From positions 1-40,786 of IMG/VR virus record IMGVR_UViG_3300031965_000073: DNA of 40,786 nucleotides; one strand, given 5' to 3'. Numbering within the stretch: position 1 is the first letter of the stretch; every line of letters begins with the position of its first letter. This document shows, one piece after another, positions 8,072 through 17,298 of this stretch. Source of the stretch: a virus. The notes under the pieces were generated by a model that was given only the letters and a program-made list of their open reading frames with translations, had not been told where the DNA came from and made no database searches. Made by a program: the position numbers and the translations under genes.

Positions 8072-8278
8072 TTATGCGATTACTCCTGACTCAAACTTCT
8101 TTGCGATTGCATTTGCAAGTCGCGCATTTGACTGTTCAGGATTTACTTTGATGTGCTTCGCTACATATCGTGCGAGTACTTCGAGCTTCACATTTACTGG
8201 ACGACACTTTTCAAGACGAACGTAATCAATGAAGTTGTATGCTACTGCGCGGTCTTCCTTATGGAGTTTTTTACACAT
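8072..8278 (-). CDS. Hypothetical protein (68 aa), first gene of the early block downstream of the lysis terminator
   Basis: ORF with an ATG start. It is preceded by 329 nt of non-coding sequence. Confidence 0.55.
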   Translation of the reverse strand: MCKKLHKEDRAVAYNFIDYVRLEKCRPVNVKLEVLARYVAKHIKVNPEQSNARLANAIAKKFESGVIA

Positions 8279-8439
8279 ATAGTTTTTATTATCTTTGTAA
8301 TGATTCCCGAACTCTCCGGCGTGTCGTTACCACGCCGGTGTTCAGGTATTTGATTGTCAATGTACTGCTTCCCTCCTCACTCTATTATCTCGTACCTAGC
8401 GTTTCTTAGCAATGCCTAACAGTGCATAACTTTTACACG

Positions 8440-8468
8440 AAAAAACCCCTATATTCAATAGAGGTTTT
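8440..8468 (-). terminator. Rho-independent terminator ending the late (structural plus lysis) transcript. It is potentially bidirectional.
   Basis: The minus strand reads CCTCTAT-TGAAT-ATAGGGG followed by TTTTTT. The plus strand also has TTTT after the stem. It lies about 140 nt downstream of the holin stop. Confidence 0.65.
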
Positions 8469-8607
8469 CCGGCTCCGGCCCATTAGAGGAAGCTCAGAGT
8501 TGGAGAATAGCGTCATGAGTAACGACACGAGCGACTATGCTTTGGTTTTCATGCTCTCACAGAAAACCATCTCTGAACTTCCTTAATGAGCCTGAACTGA
8601 TTTTTTA

Positions 8608-8853
8608 TTACCCTGCGCGTAGAGCTTTCACACCCGAGTACAACCCTGATGATGAAAGTCCGACTACGATGCCACCGATGATGATGGCCGGTAGTCCTGT
8701 CACAACAAGTGCAGACAATCCGATACCCATAATAATCGCGGCAATCGGTGCAAACTGTGACGGCACACCGACTCCCTTCACGATCTCAACAAGTCCTGTC
8801 ACTACAGGAATGAGTGCGAGTGTAAGTGGTGTGATGAATGTAAGTGCTTCCAT
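8608..8853 (-). CDS. Holin
   Basis: The 81-aa protein is almost entirely hydrophobic (2-3 TM helices) with a short charged C-terminus. It lies immediately downstream of the endolysin. Confidence 0.7.
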   Translation of the reverse strand: MEALTFITPLTLALIPVVTGLVEIVKGVGVPSQFAPIAAIIMGIGLSALVVTGLPAIIIGGIVVGLSSSGLYSGVKALRAG

Positions 8854-8864
8854 GATATTTTTTA

Positions 8865-10025
8865 TTAAGCGAACTTTTTATTAAGTACCTCCCTCGTCAG
8901 TTGATACACGTATCGACCTCCGTTTTGATCTAACTGCCAATCCGGTAGCAAACGGTTATCTTTCTGCAGTCGCAATACCGCTGCTGCAGTTTTCGGCCCG
9001 TAGATACCGTACTCGTCAATCTTCACATCGAGGTAGCCAAGAATTGAAAGTGCTACGTGCAACTTTTTCACTTCATCATTCTGCATGCCGTACTCAATGT
9101 TTGTCTCATAGCGATGTCGGAAGTTTTTTGCTTCCGGTAAGTCCTTCACCGTCTTTATGATGGCTTCCGGTATCTCAGAAACTACCCATGCCTCAGTGAA
9201 GTAGTAAGGCGCGAGCGTTCCAAAAACAAAATTGTAGTAACCGGCCTCCTGTTCATTGTTGTCGAAGCACCAATCTCTACCCCATGAGTTCGGGCCTGCC
9301 AAGAGCATGCCGTTATCGAGTCCATCATACTCATTCATTGCCATGATGTGACCGCCGGTAATCGGTGACGGTACTCTCAGTGGCAGTAAGTCCTTTGCCT
9401 TCTTTGTGGGTTTATTATCTTTCGTGCGGAACATGTTCGTACCCGTTGCGAATCGCGCAATGACCACACGGCCCGCGGTGATCTCTTTCGCGATTGTGAT
9501 AGGGTCGAGCTTCAACTTGTAGTAGCCCGCAATTTTGTGGTTTGCCGCATCTGCAAGTACTTCTGCCGGAATCACACCGCCATAGGTACTCTTGAAGTCA
9601 GCAATGAACTCTGCATAGGTTCCTGTCGTCTTGAGTGGGAACTTCGCGCGGATTTCCTTCGTCGGCATACCGTATTTGTTTGCCGCCTTGAGCATCGTGA
9701 GGGCAGAACTACCCTCGAAGTGCCGCCCATAGAGCAAATCATCGAAAAGGGTCTTGCCGATAAGGTAGCCCCAATACTCATCGAGGCGCACCCCATCTTT
9801 GAAGTATTCCTCCACTGCCATACGAACGCCGCATTTAGTGCAGATTCCGAGCTTCCTCTGGTCACAGAGTTCATTGACCGTAGGATAGTTGAGCTTCACT
9901 TCCCCGCGCTCTGGAACCTCGCCCGCGGTGTCCGGCATCATTTCCGATGTCACTGTTCGATAATCATCAGCCGATGGCTCCCCGCCGAATGAGATTTCTA
10001 ACTCGTCCTGTTCATTGTTTTCCAT
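8865..10025 (-). CDS. Endolysin: papain-like (C1-type) cysteine peptidase domain plus a C-terminal peptidoglycan-binding (PG_binding_1-like) domain
   Basis: GGHIMAMNEYDG and NSWGRDWC...GYY resemble the His and Asn-Ser-Trp-Gly blocks of C1 peptidases. The C-terminal KLHVALSILGYLDVKIDEYGIYGPKTAAAVLRLQKDNRL is a typical PG-binding repeat. It is adjacent to the holin. Confidence 0.7.
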   Translation of the reverse strand: MENNEQDELEISFGGEPSADDYRTVTSEMMPDTAGEVPERGEVKLNYPTVNELCDQRKLGICTKCGVRMAVEEYFKDGVRLDEYWGYLIGKTLFDDLLYGRHFEGSSALTMLKAANKYGMPTKEIRAKFPLKTTGTYAEFIADFKSTYGGVIPAEVLADAANHKIAGYYKLKLDPITIAKEITAGRVVIARFATGTNMFRTKDNKPTKKAKDLLPLRVPSPITGGHIMAMNEYDGLDNGMLLAGPNSWGRDWCFDNNEQEAGYYNFVFGTLAPYYFTEAWVVSEIPEAIIKTVKDLPEAKNFRHRYETNIEYGMQNDEVKKLHVALSILGYLDVKIDEYGIYGPKTAAAVLRLQKDNRLLPDWQLDQNGGRYVYQLTREVLNKKFA

Positions 10026-10244
10026 ATATATTTGTCGTTACTCTAATACCCACACAGTATACCAATTTTTCAATTCTTTTTATGTATCTAAGTTTAGTTA
10101 ATGGGTATAGTTACTGAGTATAGTTATGGACTCAAAATAGCACCGGTGTGCGGTGTCAAAAAGACACCGGTGTGGTTTCTTTATGAAACCAGTTTCAAAT
10201 TGAAACCACTTTACCCACTCCACTGGTGTTGATGCAAACCGGCA

Positions 10245-10628
10245 ATGAGGCATACTTGTGGTATGAATGAATCTGAAAGATTTTGTGAAGAATGCACCAC
10301 CTTGTTTTTTAGCAACCACCCACTGAAAAGGTTTTGTTCAGAACGGTGTAAGGTTCGTGCAGAAGACAGAAGGCGCTCACATGCCTCAAAAAAAGAGGCT
10401 TACGAACTACTAGGAAATAAATGCGCTCATTGTGGATTTGATGATGCTCGCGCTCTGCAAATAGATCATGTTGATGGCGGCGGCAAGAAAGAACTAACGA
10501 ACATCGGCAACCGTCGTGTGTATTATAAGCGCATCATTGCTTTGATAAAGAGTGGTTCAAAAAAGAAATACCAACTGCTCTGTGCAAACTGCAACTGGAT
10601 TAAGCGCCACGTAGATAATGAAAAGTAG
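10245..10628 (+). CDS. HNH endonuclease (probably a free-standing homing-type nuclease). This is the only plus-strand gene.
   Basis: CAHCGFDDARALQIDHVDGGG...LLCANCNWIKRH is the HNH/Zn-finger signature, and there are N-terminal CxxC pairs. It is inserted between the tail-fibre and lysis modules on the opposite strand. Confidence 0.8.
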   Translation: MRHTCGMNESERFCEECTTLFFSNHPLKRFCSERCKVRAEDRRRSHASKKEAYELLGNKCAHCGFDDARALQIDHVDGGGKKELTNIGNRRVYYKRIIALIKSGSKKKYQLLCANCNWIKRHVDNEK

Positions 10629-11039
10629 TTAGGTTTGCTCCTTCAAGACAGCAATCAAGTTGCGCATATCGTCCGAAAGAGCCATAACGATTTGATTCGT
10701 TTGCTTTGAAAGTGCCATACTCTCTGCAGACTGTGTATAGAACTTTTCGGCGCGATCGTCACGACCTTGCAACACTTTCATAAGAGTATCGTTTTCGGTC
10801 TTCACGGTACGGATTTCAGTGCGTAGTGTGATGATTTCTTTTTCCTGCGCATTGACCTTTTTTATGAGCTCGCCGACTTCGGTCTGCAAAAGCAAAATGA
10901 TGCGGTCTTCGGTGCCGTCCACGACTTTGCGACGACTTCTGAATTGAGTATCAAATACACCAAAAATCGCGACGATGCCGATTACGACAGCCGTCCCGAT
11001 TCCAACCCATACACCGAACTGATTGAAAAATGCTTCCAT
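10629..11039 (-). CDS. Membrane-anchored coiled-coil protein (136 aa), function unknown
   Basis: N-terminal TM helix VWVGIGTAVVIGIVAIFGVF followed by heptad-like sequence. ATG start. Confidence 0.6.
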   Translation of the reverse strand: MEAFFNQFGVWVGIGTAVVIGIVAIFGVFDTQFRSRRKVVDGTEDRIILLLQTEVGELIKKVNAQEKEIITLRTEIRTVKTENDTLMKVLQGRDDRAEKFYTQSAESMALSKQTNQIVMALSDDMRNLIAVLKEQT

Positions 11040-11042
11040 ATT

Positions 11043-11960
11043 TTAATAGTATTCCTTCACAATGATTATTCCGGGTGAACTCGATCCACCAGAGAAACTG
11101 TTTGAGGAACCTGTATTCAAAGCACCCCCACCACCGGCACCATAACCGCTTGCAGAAACACCGGCACCTGAACTTCCTCTACCACCGCCACCAATACCCA
11201 AGGGGCTACTTGCTCCCGATCCACAAATCTCTTCACCGGCACCAGACTTACCATAGGCACCACTATTGCCTGCAATATTCACATCACCTCCACTTGCAGA
11301 TCCCCCAGTTCCAGGAGTAGTCGTTGACGCATTGCCACCAGAAGTACATGAAACATCCGTACCCACAAGTGTAAAAGATGTTGTTGCTCCAATTGTAACT
11401 GTCTCTGTTGCAGCTAGGTCTGCCGGATATGCTCGCTTTCTCGCATAACCACCACTACCCCCACCAGCTGCTCCCCAGTTTGATCCCGAACCTCCACCAC
11501 CCGTACCTCCTGGCGCCTGACACTCAATATCAATAAAAAGAAGACCACCTGGTTTTGTCCACGTATCACTGCTTGTATACACTCTGATTCTTTCTGTTGG
11601 TGCTTGCCAAATATGAATTGCAGTTGCAGAAATTGCCTTTGCAACAATCTTAAAGTTCGCTGGTTTAGTAACAGTAATTGCTCCAGCTGTTGCCGAGAGA
11701 TAGTACAAAGCATTCGGTGTGAGAGAAGAAAAACCTCCCATCACACCCCACGGCAAAATATTTACTGTCGCAGCAGCACTCACACCCAACACAACAAAAC
11801 CCACAAAGCCAATTTTTGTGAGATCATCCTGGTCTGTCTTGTACGCCTTTCCATCCGCGTCACTAATATATACAGCATCACGTGTCGCAAGAGTTTCACC
11901 AGCAACAACCTGAATGATGTAGTCTGTCGCTAAAATGTCTTCGCCATCAAGAAAGCTCAT
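11043..11960 (-). CDS. Glycine-rich tail fibre / receptor-binding protein candidate
   Basis: It sits at the distal end of the tail module. The C-terminal half is Gly/Ser-rich (GGTGGGGSGSNWGAAGGGSGGYA...GGGGRGSSGAGVSASGYGAGGGGA), as in glycine-rich phage fibre domains. Confidence 0.55.
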   Translation of the reverse strand: MSFLDGEDILATDYIIQVVAGETLATRDAVYISDADGKAYKTDQDDLTKIGFVGFVVLGVSAAATVNILPWGVMGGFSSLTPNALYYLSATAGAITVTKPANFKIVAKAISATAIHIWQAPTERIRVYTSSDTWTKPGGLLFIDIECQAPGGTGGGGSGSNWGAAGGGSGGYARKRAYPADLAATETVTIGATTSFTLVGTDVSCTSGGNASTTTPGTGGSASGGDVNIAGNSGAYGKSGAGEEICGSGASSPLGIGGGGRGSSGAGVSASGYGAGGGGALNTGSSNSFSGGSSSPGIIIVKEYY

Positions 11961-11961
11961 A

Positions 11962-12537
11962 TTATGGGTTTACGCTTATAGTCACACTCACGGTCATGGC
12001 TTCCGTATCTGATTTTGTCCAACCACCGGTGAGCGCCCTGTTGAATAATACTCCTGTATCGACTGAACTTGTGCCGTCGATGAACATCCCGAACTCCTCA
12101 TACGTGCCGTCGGTATCTGCCTGAGAGTAAAAAAAGTCGAACGCAACTGAGTGGTTCGTGCGAACTCGACGGGCATGAAGTTTTCGCGCAACTTCTGTAT
12201 CGAGAACCGTGTCGGCGGCATCCACGGCAGTGCTACCGGTTCCGAGCGCTCCATAGTTTATTTCACCGCTGTAGGTAGTATCACCGGCAAGAATGCGAGC
12301 AAGTACAGAACGGCCCGAAAGCACCACAAGATTATTCACCTGAAAGGTGCGGCGTCGGCAAAGATTCGAGAGTTCCTTCACATAGCTTTCATACAAACCC
12401 GAGGCCATATCTTGTGCCTTCGAGAGTATAGAAACGATCTCGCGAGCGCGAGGTGTAGTGATTTCAAAGTTGGTGAAGACGAGTTCGCCCTTCATGCCAC
12501 TTGCATCTTTTAGGTTTTTGTTGAGCGTTGTTTTCAT
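11962..12537 (-). CDS. Tail-associated protein (191 aa), paralogous to 22843..23484
   Basis: The shared block YGALGTGSTAVDAADTVLDTE matches YIAVGTGTTAFNAADTTLQTE in the other gene. It is located in the tail module. Confidence 0.6.
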   Translation of the reverse strand: MKTTLNKNLKDASGMKGELVFTNFEITTPRAREIVSILSKAQDMASGLYESYVKELSNLCRRRTFQVNNLVVLSGRSVLARILAGDTTYSGEINYGALGTGSTAVDAADTVLDTEVARKLHARRVRTNHSVAFDFFYSQADTDGTYEEFGMFIDGTSSVDTGVLFNRALTGGWTKSDTEAMTVSVTISVNP

Positions 12538-12549
12538 ACCTTGATTTTA

Positions 12550-14037
12550 TCATGAATACTCTGCCATGTTATACCTCCCCTGTGGTGAACCTGACGGCCC
12601 ATACTCGAAAGGCGGTGAAACGGTGTCCTCTGTGGGTGCATCGTCGTCGGCAATAAAAGCATCAGTAAGTGACTCAATCGTGATAATCACGTCGGCCTCT
12701 GTCACGTCTCCTTCCTCTGCCGCGAGGGATTCCAAGAACTCCTGAACGCCCACCATCTTGCCGCCAAAGCGTACATCATAGAAGTATTCCGTAGTCGCGT
12801 TTTCCTTATCCTCTACCATCGAGATATTGACCTCCTGAATAAGAAAAGCGGTATCGGTATTGATGCCGTGTGTAGGAAGATTCACAGTGAGGTATTGCCC
12901 CGCGGTGAAAATACTTGCAGGGTTTCCGAGCAAAGTGGTACGGGTTTTGAACTCACCATTTACCAATGCCATAGCAAACTCCTCCAATTCTTGCAGTGCT
13001 CGCGCACTCGCTTCTTCTTTCGAGGTGATGCTAGGTTCCTTAATCGTGTACTCATACACACCATCGCCACCATCGAGGGCCGCAAAGAATGCAACACTAG
13101 CAGCGTCAATCTCTTGCGCGATAATCGGAATCGAACCGTAGTACACAATTTCAATATCATCCGGTGTGCCACCTCCTACCGGTGTCGTCTGAGCATCAGT
13201 GACACGGAAACTTGAACTCGCAAATGAATACACAAAGTAGTCGGTATCGCGCTCATTGAGGTCGAGGCTGAATTGCTGTGGTGAACCATTGAGACTGATT
13301 GAAACTACCTGTGCCGGATTCGTTGCCACTTCCCATGAACGGGTTTCACCATCACCGGCAAAGTTCTCTGTCGTGGTATTGCTGTCTTGCTCACCTTCTG
13401 TGCGGCCAATTACAATCACTGAGTTGCGTACCTGTGACGTGTCATATGCAATAGAGATTTCAGAAAAGTTATCTGTGGCCTCTGTAATAGTTTCTGGTGC
13501 GGCATCAGCACTAGGCGCTTGAAAGTAGAGATTTTTTTCATAGTCCACGAACCACACATAGCCGGTGAGCTTTTGCAATTTCTCAAAGCACTTTCTGATA
13601 CTGATATGGTCGAACGTAATAGATTCAATCGTCGGGCCTGTTGCCACATTCGTCGTGGTATAGCCATACGATGCATCGACATACTCACTAAGAAGATCCT
13701 CGACAATGTATTCGAGGGTTTGATTGCTGTACGCGCGGCGAGCAATTTTATTATTGAAAATATAGCTGTAGTCGGAAACCTCTGTATCGAAAATGTAGAG
13801 TTGCCCTGCACCTACTTCAAACGGTTTCACCTGTGAGATATAGCCACCAAACAGAAAGCGAGCACCATCTTTGAATACAAGCTCTGAACCTTCCAGTGGC
13901 TTATCGGCAATGTCTTTCACCGCAAACTGCATCGTCATTACGTTCGATTTGTTCTGCACAATCTCACGAATCTTTGCCGTGTTGGTTTTATAGAAAGGCA
14001 AGAAGTTGTCCCCCGCTACTGTGAGAGTTTTTGCCAT
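12550..14037 (-). CDS. Distal tail / baseplate protein (495 aa)
   Basis: It follows the tape measure gene directly (stop-to-start gap of 1 nt), the usual position of Dit/Tal-type proteins in siphoviruses. Confidence 0.55.
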   Translation of the reverse strand: MAKTLTVAGDNFLPFYKTNTAKIREIVQNKSNVMTMQFAVKDIADKPLEGSELVFKDGARFLFGGYISQVKPFEVGAGQLYIFDTEVSDYSYIFNNKIARRAYSNQTLEYIVEDLLSEYVDASYGYTTTNVATGPTIESITFDHISIRKCFEKLQKLTGYVWFVDYEKNLYFQAPSADAAPETITEATDNFSEISIAYDTSQVRNSVIVIGRTEGEQDSNTTTENFAGDGETRSWEVATNPAQVVSISLNGSPQQFSLDLNERDTDYFVYSFASSSFRVTDAQTTPVGGGTPDDIEIVYYGSIPIIAQEIDAASVAFFAALDGGDGVYEYTIKEPSITSKEEASARALQELEEFAMALVNGEFKTRTTLLGNPASIFTAGQYLTVNLPTHGINTDTAFLIQEVNISMVEDKENATTEYFYDVRFGGKMVGVQEFLESLAAEEGDVTEADVIITIESLTDAFIADDDAPTEDTVSPPFEYGPSGSPQGRYNMAEYS

Positions 14038-14038
14038 A

Positions 14039-15679
14039 CTAGATAGTAGTTAGTTTATGGCCGCGGGTAACATCGCGCCACGCCGCCTCCATTTGCTTTC
14101 GCATTTCGCGCACATCGTCATTGCTTCGTACCTGTGGATTGTTGATTACCACACTAAAGTTGCCACCTCCATTACCACCGGCTGAATGGCCCGCCGGTAT
14201 GATGCGCTCCTGACCGTGAGCAATGATAGGTACTGCAGTCCCGCGTGGTGCATTGATAAGACCACCATGCTCGAATCCCAAAATGCTAGAGATACCACTG
14301 ATAGCTTTCTTTCCGAGGTTCTTCACACCAATGTCACCCATTTTATTTATGAGTTTAGAAACCCACTCGACGGCTTTCTTCACGACATCAATAAATGATT
14401 CAATCGGCTTCACAAAGTAATTGATGATGGCCGCACTGAACTCTGCCGCCGCCGCAATGATGGCAGTGATTATCTGAATCCAACCGGTAATAGCAAGCGT
14501 GATGCCGTATACCGCACCAAGCAAAAGACCGCCTATAACTTTCGCTATGAGCGAGAGTAACGGTTCCAGTGGCTTCAATGCCTCCCAAAGTTGTGACAGT
14601 GCCGGTAGCAGAGTTTCATTGAAGGTAGTGACGATATTATCCCACGCCCACTTAAACAGTGTGACGAGTCCGGTCTTCTGGTCAATGAAGTTAAGAATCT
14701 CTGTGATTCTGTCACGGAAAATAATTGCCGCCGCTGCGAGGGCTGTGATTGCAAGTACCACAAGTGTCACCGGTGAAGCGAGAATCGCAAAGCCGGAAAT
14801 GACTACCGGTAGAAGTAGGCCAAGTGTACCAATGACGGTAACGAGTGCCGCAATAGCAACTGTAGTGATGATGATATTTTTTGCAAGTTCTGGATTCGCC
14901 TGAACCCATGCAATGATTGCATCGACTACGGGCCGCACCTTTGCAGTAAATTGCTGTACCCATGGAATCAGTACCATACCGATTTCCTCACCAATATCTC
15001 CGAGACTGTTTTTCAACTGCTCAAGTTGACCGCCGAAAGTTTGTGCCGCTGCCGCTGCTGAACCACCGAACTCACTATTGAGTTCTGCAAGAATGATTCG
15101 TTGTGCCGCCGCAACATCACCGGTTTCCACGAGCTTTGCGATAACGTCTTGCTGATCTTGTGAGAACGTCACACCCACACGAGAAAGAGCGCTGATGCCC
15201 GCAATCGGGTCATTGAGCGCCTTACCTACCTGAATGGCTGATGATTTCAAGTCCGTACCCATCGCGGTACTCATGTCCAAGAGTGCCGGTAGTGCCTCTT
15301 GAAAAACTGCACCTTTGATATTCTTAAACGTCAAGAGTAGGTTTGCCCCACTCGTCACTGCTTCATCTGAAAATGTCGTCTGCTTCTGTAGGGCCGCGGC
15401 CTGATCTAAAATGTCCTGAGCGTATAATCCCGCCGCATTACCGGTAGATTTGAGCACAGCGCCTAATTGCGCCTGTACCTTCATACTTTCATCTGCCGCC
15501 TTCAAAGACACCACAGCGGCCCCTCCAATAGCCGTAAGCGCTGCTGTACCGGCTTTCGCCATAGTACCAAATACAGGCCCCATATCTTTGATAGTGCCTT
15601 CAATGCCCTTTATGACCTTCGTGGCTTCATCCTTTGCAGAAATGATGATTTGAAGGGATTGATCGTCGAGGAATGCCAT
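14039..15679 (-). CDS. Tail tape measure protein (546 aa)
   Basis: Ala/Gly-rich helical N-terminus, a central block of hydrophobic helices (IIITTVAIAALVTVIGTLGLLLPVVISGFAILA...), and a position directly after the G/GT chaperone pair. Confidence 0.8.
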   Translation of the reverse strand: MAFLDDQSLQIIISAKDEATKVIKGIEGTIKDMGPVFGTMAKAGTAALTAIGGAAVVSLKAADESMKVQAQLGAVLKSTGNAAGLYAQDILDQAAALQKQTTFSDEAVTSGANLLLTFKNIKGAVFQEALPALLDMSTAMGTDLKSSAIQVGKALNDPIAGISALSRVGVTFSQDQQDVIAKLVETGDVAAAQRIILAELNSEFGGSAAAAAQTFGGQLEQLKNSLGDIGEEIGMVLIPWVQQFTAKVRPVVDAIIAWVQANPELAKNIIITTVAIAALVTVIGTLGLLLPVVISGFAILASPVTLVVLAITALAAAAIIFRDRITEILNFIDQKTGLVTLFKWAWDNIVTTFNETLLPALSQLWEALKPLEPLLSLIAKVIGGLLLGAVYGITLAITGWIQIITAIIAAAAEFSAAIINYFVKPIESFIDVVKKAVEWVSKLINKMGDIGVKNLGKKAISGISSILGFEHGGLINAPRGTAVPIIAHGQERIIPAGHSAGGNGGGNFSVVINNPQVRSNDDVREMRKQMEAAWRDVTRGHKLTTI

Positions 15680-15682
15680 ATA

Positions 15683-16251
15683 TTAGGGATGCTTATTTTT
15701 GGCCGCTTCATGCTTTGCCTTTTTCGCATCTATCTCCATTCTACGATACATCAGGTCATGAATCCATGACGGCTGTTGCATGAACGTGAAGTAGTCCATA
15801 TGGTACTCACGCATCATTTCGAGGGTAAGCATTTCGTCCCGCAGATTCCCGTCAATGTATGCTATGACGGCTCTGTTGATTTTTTTTTACTTGCGGCTCC
15901 TGTAGTGTATTCCTCAAGTTCTTTCAAAATCACAGTAAGGTCTTCTGGTCGCAATGCCATTGCTCGCTCGTATGCCTGTTCGGGTTCACACCCGTCGATA
16001 GAACGCAACATCAATTTGAGCACCATTTCCTGTGCCTCGAAAATAACTGAGGCATCAAGATTCTTGAGTGCTTCCTTTCCTACTTCCTCCGGTGAAGCCC
16101 CTGCAACTTCTGCAAGGTCTCCCGCTTTCATGCCACGCATGTAAAGTGCCTGAACCTTTCTAAGTTCACCACCTGAAATATAATCGAAAATGACTGCTTT
16201 ACTTCCGCAAGGAAGTGTAATCTCTTTTGTTGATCTGTCCATGTTACTCAT
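15683..16251 (-). CDS. Tail assembly chaperone -1 frameshift product (gpGT analogue)
   Basis: A -1 slip on AGT AAA AAA AAA TCA opens a frame reading KINRAVIAYIDGNLRDEMLTLEMMREYHMDYFTFMQQPSWIHDLMYRRMEIDAKKAKHEAAKNKHP. It ends at TAA 15683-15685, 3 nt before the tape measure ATG. Confidence 0.6.
15862..16251 (-). CDS. Tail assembly chaperone (gpG analogue, zero-frame product)
   Basis: 129-aa ORF between the major tail protein and the tape measure. It ends just after an A9 slippery run. Confidence 0.7.
   Translation of the reverse strand: MSNMDRSTKEITLPCGSKAVIFDYISGGELRKVQALYMRGMKAGDLAEVAGASPEEVGKEALKNLDASVIFEAQEMVLKLMLRSIDGCEPEQAYERAMALRPEDLTVILKELEEYTTGAASKKKSTEPS
15880..15888 (-). other. 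Slippery sequence (A9) for programmed -1 ribosomal frameshifting
   Basis: A run of 9 T on the plus strand, which is A AAA AAA AA on the coding strand. It lies 5 codons before the zero-frame stop. Confidence 0.6.
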
Positions 16252-16272
16252 GACTTATCGCTTTTAAATGTT

Positions 16273-17277
16273 TTACGCCTTGTCGTAGACGCGAGTCGAT
16301 GCATTGTTCACGTTGTTTATAACAACAATCTGACAATCGAGGTCTGTTGCCTCGTACTCTACAGTGAACTCCTGATTAAGAATCAAGATGCCGTCGATGT
16401 TGTACTCTACCGGCGGCGCTGTAAGAATAATGCGACCAAGTTTGAACTGGATTGTTTCAAGTGAAGATGAACCAATGAGTGAACCGGTGAAGGTCACAAT
16501 GAGTGCATTCTTTGTGTTTGCCTGATACTTCGCAAGCTCAGTGGTGTTCTCGAATGCAAGTGAGTATGAGCCGGTGACTTCAAGACGTCCGAACACAAGA
16601 TTGCCTGCAGTGATAGTGTTCGCACCAGAAAGAAATGCCTCGTCAAGCAGTACGTTGTTATTGATGTTGAGTGTGAATGATTTGAGTGGCGTTGCAGAGT
16701 TGCCGGCTGCTGCTGAAAGTGATGTACCGAACTTTGCTGTGTAGTTGTGATATGCGAACTCAGTCTCATTTGCATATGATTCTGAAACTGTATCAGTACC
16801 GGCAAACGCACCAATCATTTCAGCGGTGCATTTTGCATAGCCGTCACTTACTTCAAAGTTGAGGCTGTTGCAAACGGCATTGAGATATTGAACGGTCTGT
16901 ACACCACCTTCCTCAATCGTGAGCGTCGCAGTGCGCGGTGTTGCATTCGTGTTGTTGACGATGAATGTGTGAGTGTATGCAGAGTCAGAGACACCGGAAG
17001 AAGAAACACCACCCAAGGCAAGAGCAGCGAAGTACGGGAAGGTCTTCACGTTCGGTACGAAACCAATCGAACCTTGTGAGTACCGGCGGCGTATCATCGA
17101 GTTCGATGACATGTTGCGTAGGCCGCGGGCAGAAGTGAAATGCTCCTTTTCCGAAACTGACTGGTACGAGAAGTCAGCCCATGGAATGAAAACTGTTTCA
17201 GCAACCGCAACTCCGGGTGCTGCATAGCTCTCGACTCCTAGTCCTACATGCACTTGTGTACCTCCTGTTTTTGCCAT
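16273..17277 (-). CDS. Major tail (tube) protein
   Basis: 334-aa ORF immediately upstream of the chaperone pair, with a beta-rich composition and an ATG start. Assigned by synteny. Confidence 0.6.
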   Translation of the reverse strand: MAKTGGTQVHVGLGVESYAAPGVAVAETVFIPWADFSYQSVSEKEHFTSARGLRNMSSNSMIRRRYSQGSIGFVPNVKTFPYFAALALGGVSSSGVSDSAYTHTFIVNNTNATPRTATLTIEEGGVQTVQYLNAVCNSLNFEVSDGYAKCTAEMIGAFAGTDTVSESYANETEFAYHNYTAKFGTSLSAAAGNSATPLKSFTLNINNNVLLDEAFLSGANTITAGNLVFGRLEVTGSYSLAFENTTELAKYQANTKNALIVTFTGSLIGSSSLETIQFKLGRIILTAPPVEYNIDGILILNQEFTVEYEATDLDCQIVVINNVNNASTRVYDKA

Positions 17278-17298
17278 GGTAATAAATGTTAGCTAATA

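Noticed and set aside
8318-8340. Perfect hairpin CCGGCGTG-TCGTTAC-CACGCCGG with a TTGACA about 20 nt upstream on the minus strand, considered as promoter plus attenuator of the early block
   Set aside because: There is no convincing -10 element at the right spacing and no T-run after the stem. I could not support a promoter or terminator call from the sequence alone.
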